A DNA stretch of 38,564 nt from a virus, in the IMG/VR virus record IMGVR_UViG_3300032038_000266, positions 1 through 38,564 of that record. The stretch is one strand, 5' to 3'. Made by a program: the position numbers and the translations under genes. The notes under the pieces are model-generated. The model was not told where the DNA came from. It was given only the letters and a program-made list of their open reading frames with translations, and made no database searches. This document shows, piece after piece, positions 23,684 to 32,316 of the stretch (position 1 is its first letter; the number at the start of each line of letters is the position of its first letter).

Positions 23684-23917
23684 ATGACCGTCTACGAACT
23701 CGCAACAAGCATTCCGCTGGAGCAGCGAAAGATGATGACTGATGCCGGCATCTTGAACGCTTCGGCGGAACGCTACGTCTCTATCTACGAAAAATTCCTT
23801 CAACTCCAGGCTCGCGGAGTGTCAAAAATGGAGTCATACGCGGAAGTGTCGCGAGAGTGCTTCACTTGCGAGGAAAATGTCCGGAAAGTCATCCAAAAAA
23901 TGCAGAAGGAAGTGTGA
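23684..23917 (+). CDS. Hypothetical small protein (77 aa), possible DNA-binding
   Basis: Helical. SYAEVSRECFTCEENVRKVIQKMQKE could be an HTH, but this is not diagnostic. Confidence 0.5.
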   Translation: MTVYELATSIPLEQRKMMTDAGILNASAERYVSIYEKFLQLQARGVSKMESYAEVSRECFTCEENVRKVIQKMQKEV

Positions 23918-23967
23918 TTCCGGAGTGTGGGAAGAAGATTTACCAACAAAATTCAGTTTTAATCCGT

Positions 23968-23999
23968 TAATTTTGCACTGAAACGCTTATAGTATAAGC
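23968..23999 (+). promoter_or_regulatory. -7-like box TAATTTTG (23968-23975) followed by 15-bp dyad GCTTATagtATAAGC (23985-23999)
   Basis: In the 99-nt A/T-rich gap ahead of the head-gene block (ATG 24017). Confidence 0.5.
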
Positions 24000-24016
24000 A
24001 AAATCGCGATTTTTAT

Positions 24017-25258
24017 ATGATTACTATCAAGCTCCACAATGTCATCGCCAACGAAGACAATCGCTGGTGGTATTGCTGGGATGAAAATGACGATGTTTTC
24101 TCGCTGGAAGCACTTCAGCGGCTCTTTGAGCAGCATCCGGACGAGAAGGACTGGAAGTTCAACATCCACTGTCCAGGCGGCGAAGTGGAAGAAGGTCTCG
24201 CGATCTACGACTTTCTCCGCACATCCGGCAAGAACATCTATATGAATATAGAAGGCGCGTGTCACTCTATGGCAGTGACGCTGCTTCTCGCCGCGCCGAA
24301 GGAGAATCGCTCTGCGAATCCGAACTGTCTCGCTCTCATCCACAAAGTTTTCGGCTGCGCATACGGCGGAACTGCTGACGATCTGGAAGCAGCCGCCGAA
24401 GAGACTCGTATGCTTCAGAACAAGATTCTGAACATCTACGCAGACCGGACGGACAAGAGCTTTGACGAACTCCAGGAGATAATGAACGAGCAGAAACAGC
24501 GCACTGCTCAGGAGCTGCTCTCGTGGGGATTCATTTCCAAGATCAATTCTTACAACACAAACTACAAACATTCAAAAACTATCGCTATGAACATCAAGCA
24601 AATCAAGGAGTCCGCCAATGCGCTTCTGAACAAGATCGGCGCACTGCTCGGCGGCTCGCACGCGAACTATGAGTTCGTGGATGCTGAAGGCAAAGTGTTG
24701 TTCACTACGGAAAGCGAGTCCGATGAGCTTGAAGTCGGAATGGCTGCAACTCCGGACGGAACATTCGTCATCGCAGACGGCAGAACTGTGACTATCGCAG
24801 ACGGAGTCATCACTGACATCCAGGAAGCCGCCGGCGAGGAAGGCGAAGGCGAAGGCGGAGAAGCTCAGAATCACGAGTTCACTTCCGAAGACGGCACTGT
24901 GCTGTTTACTACCGAAAGCGAGAGTGACGAGCTGGAAGTGGGAATGAGCGCGTCTCCGGACGGCGAGTTCACTCTTCCTGACGGACGCACTGTCGTGATT
25001 GCCGAAGGCGTTATCACTGAGATCCGCGATGCGGAAGAGGAGTCCGAAGAAGTGGCGAATCTCCGCCAGGAGAACGCACAGCTCCGCGAGACTCTCGCCG
25101 AAGCTCAGAATCTCATCCGTGAGATGCAGAAGAACATCAAGAGCAACTATGTCCCTGGAAACCGCGTGTCCAGCACGCAGTCCAACAAGGGCAACAAGCA
25201 GCTCACGCGCGAAGAGCGCAAGAACGCTGTGAAGGAAGCTCTTCATCCGACTAAGTAA
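24017..25258 (+). CDS. ClpP-family (S14) prohead protease fused to a scaffold-like C-terminal region
   Basis: NIHCPGGEVEEGLAIYDF, GACHSMAVTLLLA (Ser) and LALIHKV (His) match the ClpP core. The C-terminal acidic region carries a 68-aa tandem duplication and a coiled coil. Confidence 0.85.
   Translation: MITIKLHNVIANEDNRWWYCWDENDDVFSLEALQRLFEQHPDEKDWKFNIHCPGGEVEEGLAIYDFLRTSGKNIYMNIEGACHSMAVTLLLAAPKENRSANPNCLALIHKVFGCAYGGTADDLEAAAEETRMLQNKILNIYADRTDKSFDELQEIMNEQKQRTAQELLSWGFISKINSYNTNYKHSKTIAMNIKQIKESANALLNKIGALLGGSHANYEFVDAEGKVLFTTESESDELEVGMAATPDGTFVIADGRTVTIADGVITDIQEAAGEEGEGEGGEAQNHEFTSEDGTVLFTTESESDELEVGMSASPDGEFTLPDGRTVVIAEGVITEIRDAEEESEEVANLRQENAQLRETLAEAQNLIREMQKNIKSNYVPGNRVSSTQSNKGNKQLTREERKNAVKEALHPTK
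24671..25033 (+). repeat. In-frame tandem duplication (period 204 nt) in the protease-scaffold gene
   Basis: EFVDAEGKVLFTTESESDELEVGMAATPDGTFVIADGRTVTIADGVITDIQEA versus EFTSEDGTVLFTTESESDELEVGMSASPDGEFTLPDGRTVVIAEGVITEIRDA. Confidence 0.85.
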
Positions 25259-25282
25259 CTCAAATCAAAATCAACTACTACT

Positions 25283-26341
25283 ATGGCAAGTATTGTTTCT
25301 TTCAGCGCGTTCTCGTTTACTGCCGAGCAGATTCGAGACATCAATGAGCTTGTCTTTGACGAGCTTCTCCACGCTCCTGACATCAACTTCATTCATCAGA
25401 TGTTCTCCGGCATCGTCTACGACAAGGAGATCGGATTCATTTCCGGTGCTGGACTCGTAGGTCAGGCTGGTCAGGGGTGCAATCCCACAGCTCAGAGCTG
25501 GGCAATCAGCACTCGCAAAGTCACTTGGACTCCGAAGGAGTGGGAAGTGTTCGTGAGCGAATGTGCCGAAGATCTGAAGTCCACTGCCGCCGTCTATGCT
25601 CTTAACAAAGGCACTCGCGTGGATGATCTGACCGACACTGACTATATGGCAATCGTAGTGAAAGTTCTCGCTGATGCAGTGAAGGACTTTATGTATCGTC
25701 TGATCTGGTTCAACGATACCAACGCAGCCAATGTCAGCGCATCCGGCATCATCACGAACGGCGTTTCCGTGAACTACTTCAACATCATTGACGGTCTCTT
25801 CAAGCAGCTTGAGACTGCCGTCTCCGGCGGCGCGCCCACTGTTGCTATCTCCGCAAACGCTGCCGTCACTAAGGCTGCGCAGCTCTCCGGTATGACCGAT
25901 GCAGCCGCATTCCAGCTCCTGAGCGATATGTACTATGCCGCTCCAGTGGAGATGCGTGGTGCTGGCAAGATGATGTTCATCGTCACTCAGACCATTGCTG
26001 ACGCATATCAGCAGTATCTCATCGGCAAGGGCATCGAAAGCACTTACAAGAATCTCGTAGAGGGCATTCCGTCTCTGACTTTCCTCGGAGTTCCGGTCAT
26101 TCCTATGCCGTTCTGGGATAAGAACATCCAGGCTTACAACGATCTCGGCGCAACCTACTACAAGCCGCATCGCGCAGTCCTGATCGAGAAAGCAAATCTC
26201 GGCGTGGGAACTCCTTCCGAAGAAGCATACGGCGAGTTCGACATTTGGTACGACAAGACCAGCCGCAAGAACTACATTCTCATCAAGGATAAACTTGATG
26301 CGAAGCTCCTGAACGACAAGCGTCTCGTCTACGGCTACTAA
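25283..26341 (+). CDS. Major capsid protein
   Basis: 352 aa, directly after the protease-scaffold gene and followed by a strong terminator. The call is based on position and size. Confidence 0.7.
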   Translation: MASIVSFSAFSFTAEQIRDINELVFDELLHAPDINFIHQMFSGIVYDKEIGFISGAGLVGQAGQGCNPTAQSWAISTRKVTWTPKEWEVFVSECAEDLKSTAAVYALNKGTRVDDLTDTDYMAIVVKVLADAVKDFMYRLIWFNDTNAANVSASGIITNGVSVNYFNIIDGLFKQLETAVSGGAPTVAISANAAVTKAAQLSGMTDAAAFQLLSDMYYAAPVEMRGAGKMMFIVTQTIADAYQQYLIGKGIESTYKNLVEGIPSLTFLGVPVIPMPFWDKNIQAYNDLGATYYKPHRAVLIEKANLGVGTPSEEAYGEFDIWYDKTSRKNYILIKDKLDAKLLNDKRLVYGY

Positions 26342-26365
26342 TCGCCGCGCGTATCTCAGGCAACC

Positions 26366-26406
26366 GGAGCGCAGTCGCGGAAGACTTCTGCTTCTGCGCT
26401 CCTTTT
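26366..26406 (+). terminator. Rho-independent terminator after the capsid gene
   Basis: Stem ggagcgcag / ctgcgctcc (9 bp) followed by TTTT. Confidence 0.65.
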
Positions 26407-26432
26407 CAAAAACGAATAAACATTGAAGCAAT

Positions 26433-27008
26433 ATGAACTGCGGAAATATCTCCAACAACCTCGTTCTCGCCGCGTGCGCAAACTCGCTCGCCGCGATTGA
26501 AGCTGACATCGTTCTCATCAACTACGATGATGTAGACCGCTCCGCCAGCACTGTGAATGACGGCGTTCTCTCTTCGCTCGTTCTGAAGTCTTCTACATAC
26601 GGCTATCGCTACACTTCGCACAAGAACGCATTTGAAGCCACTGTTGCTCTCAACAAAGGCACTTACATCAATTCGTTCGTTCACGGCGCAGTCGTGCGTG
26701 TGTTCACGAAGACTCAGAAAGCGAAGGATGAGCTGAATAAGCTCGCAAACGGCAAGGTCATCGCAATCGTCAAGAACAGCGATTCGCAGAATGACGAAAC
26801 GAAGTACGAAGTTTACGGCTGGGAGAACGGTCTCGTGATGTCTGATCTCCAGGCTGCGTCCACTGACGCTGACGGCGTACTCTACACTTTCAACCTCTCC
26901 AGCGATGACAACGCTCGCGAGAGCCAGCTTCCTCTCAGCTATTACAGCACTTCGCTGTCTGCAACTGAGACCGCTCTCGAAGCACTCATCTACACTCCGA
27001 CTCCTTAA
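26433..27008 (+). CDS. Hypothetical structural protein (191 aa)
   Basis: In the head/tail structural block. No diagnostic motif. Confidence 0.6.
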   Translation: MNCGNISNNLVLAACANSLAAIEADIVLINYDDVDRSASTVNDGVLSSLVLKSSTYGYRYTSHKNAFEATVALNKGTYINSFVHGAVVRVFTKTQKAKDELNKLANGKVIAIVKNSDSQNDETKYEVYGWENGLVMSDLQAASTDADGVLYTFNLSSDDNARESQLPLSYYSTSLSATETALEALIYTPTP

Positions 27009-27023
27009 TCGGATTCAGGAGCT

Positions 27024-27653
27024 ATGATGAGTCTTGAGGATTACAAATCACGGTATGGCGGACGCTCGGAGAGCGAAGTGAACTCTCTTGTCCACTCCGA
27101 CTCCGAGTTCCGTGATGCCACTGAAGCACTGTATCAGGCTTACTTCAGAATGCAGCTCAACAAGAAATGCGGAGACTGCTGGAAAGATGCCTACATACTG
27201 CTTCAGACTCGCAAAGCAAGCAAGGATATGGAACACGAAAGACTTTTCGATCTCAAAGCCGGCGCGCTTCTCAGAGATGTGCGCAATATGAATGACAGCA
27301 GCCGTCTCGTCACTCGGCTCAATCTGACTGACGATCTGGCACTGTATCATCTCGGCACAAATCCGGACTACATCAAGTTCTTCTCGAAATATCCGGAGAA
27401 TTGGCGCGAACTCGCCACAAAGCATATCGCCAAGCTGGATGCTCCAGCCGCCGATGCCGCTGAGGATCCGGAAGCGAAGAAAGCCGCAGCGGAAGCCGCA
27501 GTCAAGGCTGCTGAAGCCGCTCGCGACAAAGCCAGCGAGAAAGTCGCGAAGGCGCAGAACGAAGATGCTCTCAAGAAGGCATCCGCAGCTCTGAGGAAAG
27601 CCGAAGCGAAGCTCGCCAAAGCTCAGGAAGAACTTGCCGCGCTCTCTGCGTAA
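27024..27653 (+). CDS. Hypothetical protein with Ala/Lys-rich coiled-coil C-terminus (209 aa)
   Basis: C-terminal AAEDPEAKKAAAEAAVKAAEAARDKASEKVAKAQ... Confidence 0.6.
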   Translation: MMSLEDYKSRYGGRSESEVNSLVHSDSEFRDATEALYQAYFRMQLNKKCGDCWKDAYILLQTRKASKDMEHERLFDLKAGALLRDVRNMNDSSRLVTRLNLTDDLALYHLGTNPDYIKFFSKYPENWRELATKHIAKLDAPAADAAEDPEAKKAAAEAAVKAAEAARDKASEKVAKAQNEDALKKASAALRKAEAKLAKAQEELAALSA

Positions 27654-27718
27654 AGCTGGACGCTCGGAGCAGCACTTGCGAATCAAACGAGCTGCCGTGG
27701 CTAATCCCTGAACGAGTT

Positions 27719-27757
27719 CGGCTGCTTGGAAAGAGATTCTGAGCAGCCGGATTTTTT
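27719..27757 (+). terminator. Rho-independent terminator
   Basis: Stem cggctgct / agcagccg followed by gaTTTTTT. Confidence 0.65.
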
Positions 27758-27777
27758 AATAGCAAAACGGAAAGACA

Positions 27778-29055
27778 ATGAAAGTATCAAGACTACAATC
27801 GGAGAAGCGCGTAGACACTTACAACAATCGCGGCTTGAAGATCCAGGCATACGGAGAGTTCAACGACTTTCCGCAGCGCATCGCCGAGATTGTCGAAGCG
27901 TCCGTGACCGGAAATGCGTGCGTGTCCGTCTACACGAAGTTCATCGTGGGACGCGGCTTCGCTGACGCAAACTTCTGCAATGCCGTCTGCGACAGCAAAG
28001 GAATGACAGTGGATGCTCTGCTCCAGGCTGTCGGAGAAGACTATGCTCGCTTCGGCGGATTCGCGATACATATCAACTACAACGCTCTCCACGAGATTGT
28101 CTCCGCATCGCACTTTCCTTTCGAGTGGCTGCGCTTTGAGCAGCTGGACGAGAACGGACAGTTCAATCGTCTTGCGGCGCATCCGGATTGGGGACGCAGA
28201 TACACGAAGCTCCGTCCGTTCAAGCAGTCGGACATAGAGTATTTCCACTTCTTCAATCCGGATCCGGAAGTCATTGACTCGGAAGTGGAAGAAGCTGGCG
28301 GCTGGAACGGCTACAAAGGGCAGATTCTCTACTTCTCGAACAAAGGCTACAAAGTCTATCCGACTCCGGTCTTTGAAGCCGCAGTCACGGATATGTCCAA
28401 CGAGGAAGGACTGTCCAACATCACGCAGCGCAATGTCAAGCACAACTTCTTGCCGGCTGGAATGATAGTGGACTATGACAACACTTCCAATTCGGACGAG
28501 CAAGAGAAGGAGACGCGCGAAGAGATACGCGAGTTCCAGGGCGATATGAATGCCGGAAAGCTGCTCTACATCAACATCAAGAACGGAGAGCAGAAACCGG
28601 AGTTCGTGCCGTTCGTAGGCAAGAACTTCGACAAGGACTTCGAGCAAGCCGAGAAGAAGACTCCGCAGATAATCGGACGCGCATTCTCGCAGCCGCCGAT
28701 TCTCCGTGCAGAAGATGTCGGAGCGAACTTCGGCGCAGATCTGATGCGCAACGCATACGACTACTACAACTCGATCACTGAGAGCGAGCGTCAGATAGTC
28801 TCTCGCGTCTTCAAGAGCATCTTCGACTTGTGGAACGATCCCACTATCAACATAGAGAAGAACTACGACATCGTGCCAAAGTTCTATCGCGTGAACGCCA
28901 CTCTCGCGGAGCGGCTCGGAGCGAATGTGGAGAAGGTGCTGGAGATTCTTGGAAATGCGTCTATGAACGAGCGCGCAAAGTCCGTCATCCTCTCTACGGT
29001 CTACGGCATCGAAGAAGACGAAATTGACAAACTTCTTGAAGGAATGCGGATATGA
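27778..29055 (+). CDS. Putative portal protein
   Basis: 425 aa. N-terminal YGEFNDFPQRIAEIVEASVTGNACVSVYTKFIVGRGF and central YPTPVFEAAVTDM...NVKHNFLPAG patterns recall portal families. Not verified. Confidence 0.5.
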   Translation: MKVSRLQSEKRVDTYNNRGLKIQAYGEFNDFPQRIAEIVEASVTGNACVSVYTKFIVGRGFADANFCNAVCDSKGMTVDALLQAVGEDYARFGGFAIHINYNALHEIVSASHFPFEWLRFEQLDENGQFNRLAAHPDWGRRYTKLRPFKQSDIEYFHFFNPDPEVIDSEVEEAGGWNGYKGQILYFSNKGYKVYPTPVFEAAVTDMSNEEGLSNITQRNVKHNFLPAGMIVDYDNTSNSDEQEKETREEIREFQGDMNAGKLLYINIKNGEQKPEFVPFVGKNFDKDFEQAEKKTPQIIGRAFSQPPILRAEDVGANFGADLMRNAYDYYNSITESERQIVSRVFKSIFDLWNDPTINIEKNYDIVPKFYRVNATLAERLGANVEKVLEILGNASMNERAKSVILSTVYGIEEDEIDKLLEGMRI

Positions 29056-29633
29056 TAATCACTATCGAAGACATCCGGAAGATCCGCCAGATCGCCGGAA
29101 ACATCAAAGAAGACCGCGTGGACATCTACATCCGCGAAGCCGAACTGCTGGACATTGTTCCGGTCATCGGAGCGGAGCTGTACGAGAGAGTCCGCTGCAT
29201 CGGCACTATCACACTGGATGATGCCGGAACGCAGCTGCTGGACGAGACCGGAGACAACGCAATCATCACTGCGGACGAGAACGAGCTGCCGCTGAACGAG
29301 TACAAGCTGCTGAACGGCGGCTACTACGAAGACTGTCACGGCGTGAAGTGCCGCTTTGAAGGAGTGAAGGCTGCGGAAGCATACTTCGCGTATGCTCGCT
29401 TCGTGCGGAATCATCCAGTGGCTGTCACTCCGTTTGGAGTCGTGAACAAGCTCGGAGACGAGTCTTCTCAGGCTGACTCCAGGACTGTCGCTGCCGTGAG
29501 TGCGGACGCTCGCAGAATCGGCGAGATGTATCTGACTGAAGCGATGCGCTTTTGGAGCATCGTGGAGCAATGCCGCTGCCGCAAGGGAACGGCACGGACG
29601 CATCGCCGCCGCTTCATCCCTATCGGAGACTGA
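29052..29633 (+). CDS. Hypothetical protein (possible head-tail connector)
   Basis: ATGA overlap with the portal gene. The call rests on position only. Confidence 0.5.
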   Translation: MIITIEDIRKIRQIAGNIKEDRVDIYIREAELLDIVPVIGAELYERVRCIGTITLDDAGTQLLDETGDNAIITADENELPLNEYKLLNGGYYEDCHGVKCRFEGVKAAEAYFAYARFVRNHPVAVTPFGVVNKLGDESSQADSRTVAAVSADARRIGEMYLTEAMRFWSIVEQCRCRKGTARTHRRRFIPIGD

Positions 29634-29666
29634 AATCAATATCAACAATAAAACTACTTTATCACT

Positions 29667-30290
29667 ATGGCTGGAAAAAAATTTGCTGCTGACTTCGAGC
29701 GCATAGACGAAGTCAAGTCGAATGACAAAGTGCTGATTTGGGACTCCGATACCGGAGTCGTGAAGTACGCAACTCCGGCGCAGATCAACGCGAAGTTTGA
29801 CGATCTCGTGGCAGACATTGCAACTGCGACTGCCGCTGCTCAGGCGGCGGAAGACGCACGCGATCTCGCTCTCGGCTACAAGAATGACGCAGTCGATGCG
29901 AAGAATGATGCCGTGAGCGCGAAGAACGATGCTGTCGGAGCGAAGAATGACGCTGAAGCTGCTGCCGCCGCCGCTGCCGGCACTCTCGCGAACGCTATGA
30001 CGAAAGACGGAGATGATGTCCAGGTGCTTATCGAAGCAATCACTGCTCTCGAAGCGCGCGTGGCGAATCTCCAGGCATTCATCATCAAAGTCGTTTCCGG
30101 AGAAGCCGTGCTTCCGAAGCTCGCAGTGGAAGATCTTGTCTGCTACGGCGAGAACAACATCGTGGATTCCGGATCCGGCGCGCCGAGTCAGAAGCCGTTC
30201 AAGGCTGGACGCATCTACATTGACATCGCGAACAACAAGATTTACAAGTCGCTCGGCAATGCCAATGTCTCGAACTGGAACAATCAGTAA
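29667..30290 (+). CDS. Fibre-like protein with heptad KNDAVxA repeats
   Basis: YKNDAVDAKNDAVSAKNDAVGAKNDAEAAAAAAAG, then a coiled coil and a C-terminal knob-like segment. Directly upstream of the DGR target. Confidence 0.6.
   Translation: MAGKKFAADFERIDEVKSNDKVLIWDSDTGVVKYATPAQINAKFDDLVADIATATAAAQAAEDARDLALGYKNDAVDAKNDAVSAKNDAVGAKNDAEAAAAAAAGTLANAMTKDGDDVQVLIEAITALEARVANLQAFIIKVVSGEAVLPKLAVEDLVCYGENNIVDSGSGAPSQKPFKAGRIYIDIANNKIYKSLGNANVSNWNNQ
29880..29960 (+). repeat. In-frame 21-bp tandem repeat (3.8 copies)
   Basis: aagaatgacgcagtcgatgcg / aagaatgatgccgtgagcgcg / aagaacgatgctgtcggagcg / aagaatgacgctgaagct. Confidence 0.85.
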
Positions 30291-30310
30291 ACTCTTAACG
30301 CACTATCACA

Positions 30311-31651
30311 ATGGCAAAACAAGTAAACAAGTACGCAACGAAAGCTGCATACACTGCGGACACTAACCGTTCCGCAGCCAAGTCTGCCGTGTCCTATATC
30401 ACGGAAGACAGTGCCGTCAAGTATGACGGCGTGAATGCTGTCGTGGAGAAAGATGCTGCTCAGATCGGCGATCTGGTAGTGTATGACAAGAGCGAAGGAC
30501 GCATCCGCTTTGTCGTGGCGAAGACTCTCGTGAAGAATCAGCTCGGCGCGGAACTCGTTCCGCTTGCAGTCGTGTATGCTCGTCAGGGCAAGCGGCTGCT
30601 CATCGTCTCTCTCTCGAATCAAGGCTCACATCGCTGGGCGCATACTTTTGAAGTATGTCTGCGCGGCATTGATCCGACAACTGCCGGCACGCTGGCAATC
30701 ATCGTTCACAACAACGGCGCACTCTCCGAAGAAGTGGATGTGTCTTGGGGAAATGACAGCACGCTCGCCGCTATCGCCGCTTCTATCTCGGCTCAGTTCC
30801 AGACTCTGACTGACGCTGATGACAAAGCGTGGGTAGCTGCCGTAGACGGCGCGAACATTATTCTCGGACATAACTATTATCTCGTGGACACTGTCACTTC
30901 CGTCTCCGGAACTGGCGGCGGCGCGAATGTCTCCTATGTCGAAGACACTGTGAACTACCAGTGTAGTTATGCCTATCTCGCCGGAACTGAGGATGTCCGC
31001 AGAAACAACTATGTGGACACTTCCTTCGGCGGCGGCAATCTGAAGAAGTTCATTGACTACTACGGCACGAACGGAACGACTCCCACCGGAAACATTCCTC
31101 TCGGAGACAGCACGATTGTCAATCGCGCATCGTTCGAGTCCAGCGCATACTGCGCGGATCTGCGCGCCGCATACTCCACATACGAAGAGTATATGGAGAA
31201 GGAGCAGATGTGCCAGCTTCCGTCCAAGTTCGGAGCGCAGCTGCGTGACGGCAAGGAGACAACAGCCTGGCTCGCCGCTCAGTTCGGCACTGATGTCCGT
31301 GGCATAGACGAGCCGCGCTATCCGGCTGCTTCCGTGGTGAAGAACTACGGCGTGACCGTAGCCGGACACACGACTGGACTGGAGAGCGGACACTGGTGGC
31401 TTCCGTCCGTGACGGAGATGCTGATTCTGATGCGTGACCGCCGCTACAACGGCAGCGATACGGATCCGGATCCGATCAACGACACGCTCGTGAAGATGAG
31501 CGGAGATACTATCTACGGAAACGGATATTATCCGTGGACTTGTGGCGAGTACAACAGCAGCAGCGCGTTCCTCTTCAACGGCTACATCGGCACACTGCGC
31601 ATCCACGACAAGTACGGCGCAGGCACTGTGCGTCCGGTCTCCGCTTTGTAG
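30311..31651 (+). CDS. DGR target protein 1 (446 aa; putative receptor-binding protein with C-terminal DUF1566/C-type-lectin-fold-like domain carrying VR1)
   Basis: GHWWLPSVTEMLILM motif and C-terminus CGEYNSSSAFLFNGYIGTLRIHDKYGAGTVRPVSAL. The last 104 nt match TR apart from A-site changes. Confidence 0.9.
   Translation: MAKQVNKYATKAAYTADTNRSAAKSAVSYITEDSAVKYDGVNAVVEKDAAQIGDLVVYDKSEGRIRFVVAKTLVKNQLGAELVPLAVVYARQGKRLLIVSLSNQGSHRWAHTFEVCLRGIDPTTAGTLAIIVHNNGALSEEVDVSWGNDSTLAAIAASISAQFQTLTDADDKAWVAAVDGANIILGHNYYLVDTVTSVSGTGGGANVSYVEDTVNYQCSYAYLAGTEDVRRNNYVDTSFGGGNLKKFIDYYGTNGTTPTGNIPLGDSTIVNRASFESSAYCADLRAAYSTYEEYMEKEQMCQLPSKFGAQLRDGKETTAWLAAQFGTDVRGIDEPRYPAASVVKNYGVTVAGHTTGLESGHWWLPSVTEMLILMRDRRYNGSDTDPDPINDTLVKMSGDTIYGNGYYPWTCGEYNSSSAFLFNGYIGTLRIHDKYGAGTVRPVSAL
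31543..31646 (+). repeat. DGR variable repeat 1 (VR1)
   Basis: Ungapped alignment to TR 32213..32316 gives 17 mismatches, all at TR adenines. Confidence 0.92.
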
Positions 31652-31670
31652 ACTATTCCGAACATTCTTT

Positions 31671-31708
31671 ATTCCGCGCGGCATTGCCGTAGTGCTGCCG
31701 CGCGGATT
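31671..31708 (+). promoter_or_regulatory. Hairpin 24 nt downstream of VR1 (candidate DGR target-recognition element / terminator)
   Basis: Arms attccgcgcggca / tgccgcgcggatt (13 nt, one internal mismatch), loop ttgccgtagtgc, followed by cttt. Confidence 0.6.
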
Positions 31709-31732
31709 CTTTCAAGCGAACATTGATTCAGT

Positions 31733-32152
31733 ATGGCAAAGAATCTCGAAAAGCTGGAAATCTATCACAAGGCGTATCTCTTCTCGATCTACCTGGAGCA
31801 GAAAGTCACGAAGTTCGATAGACGCTATCGTTTCACGCTGGCGGACAAACTCTCGGACGGCATTGACAAGTTCATCTGCGCCGTGCTGGACGCGAATAGA
31901 GAGACGAACAAAGGCAAGGCTGCGCGCATCATCTACTATGCGCTTGGCGAGCTGGACAAGATAGAATACCGGACTCGGAAAGCAGTCGCTCTGAATCAGA
32001 TGTCCGTAGACACAAAGGCAAAATGCGACATTGCACTTGAAGACTTGCGCTCAGACGCAAGACGCTGGCGGAAATACTATCTCCAACTTTGTGGTGCGAG
32101 TGCCGGAGACGCTCCTGAAGAGGATGACTCTCCGGCAGAGAGCCAAGAATAG
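31733..32152 (+). CDS. avd: DGR accessory variability determinant (Avd-like four-helix-bundle protein)
   Basis: 139 aa, helical and basic (KLEIYHKAYLFSIYLEQKVTKFDRRYRFTLADKLSDGIDKF...). Sits in the canonical position between target and TR/RT. Confidence 0.75.
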   Translation: MAKNLEKLEIYHKAYLFSIYLEQKVTKFDRRYRFTLADKLSDGIDKFICAVLDANRETNKGKAARIIYYALGELDKIEYRTRKAVALNQMSVDTKAKCDIALEDLRSDARRWRKYYLQLCGASAGDAPEEDDSPAESQE

Positions 32153-32212
32153 ATTTGTTTTTGAAAAGGTCGCTGCGCTCTCATTCAGAGCTATATCGAA
32201 AGCAGCGAAAAT

Positions 32213-32316
32213 TGGCGAGTACAACAGCAACAACGCGTTCATCTTCAACGGCAACAACGGCAAACTGAACAACAACAACAAGTACAACACAAACACTGTG
32301 CGTCCGGTCTCCGATT
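32213..32316 (+). repeat. DGR template repeat (TR)
   Basis: 104 bp with 38 adenines and 12 AAC codons in the VR reading frame (GEYNSNNAFIFNGNNGKLNNNNKYNTNTVRPVSD). It is the donor for VR1 and VR2. Confidence 0.92.

Noticed and set aside
21036-23708. Very long minus-strand ORFs opposite major genes: 890 aa at 21036-23708, 420 aa at 13432-14694, 429 aa at 16575-17864, 507 aa at 17952-19475, 416 aa at 25271-26521, 352 aa at 30626-31684 and 329 aa at 8814-9803
   Set aside because: These are shadow ORFs of plus-strand genes that carry clear motifs. Their translations are Arg/Leu/Ser-rich and low in complexity. They lack sensible start contexts and have no recognisable domains.
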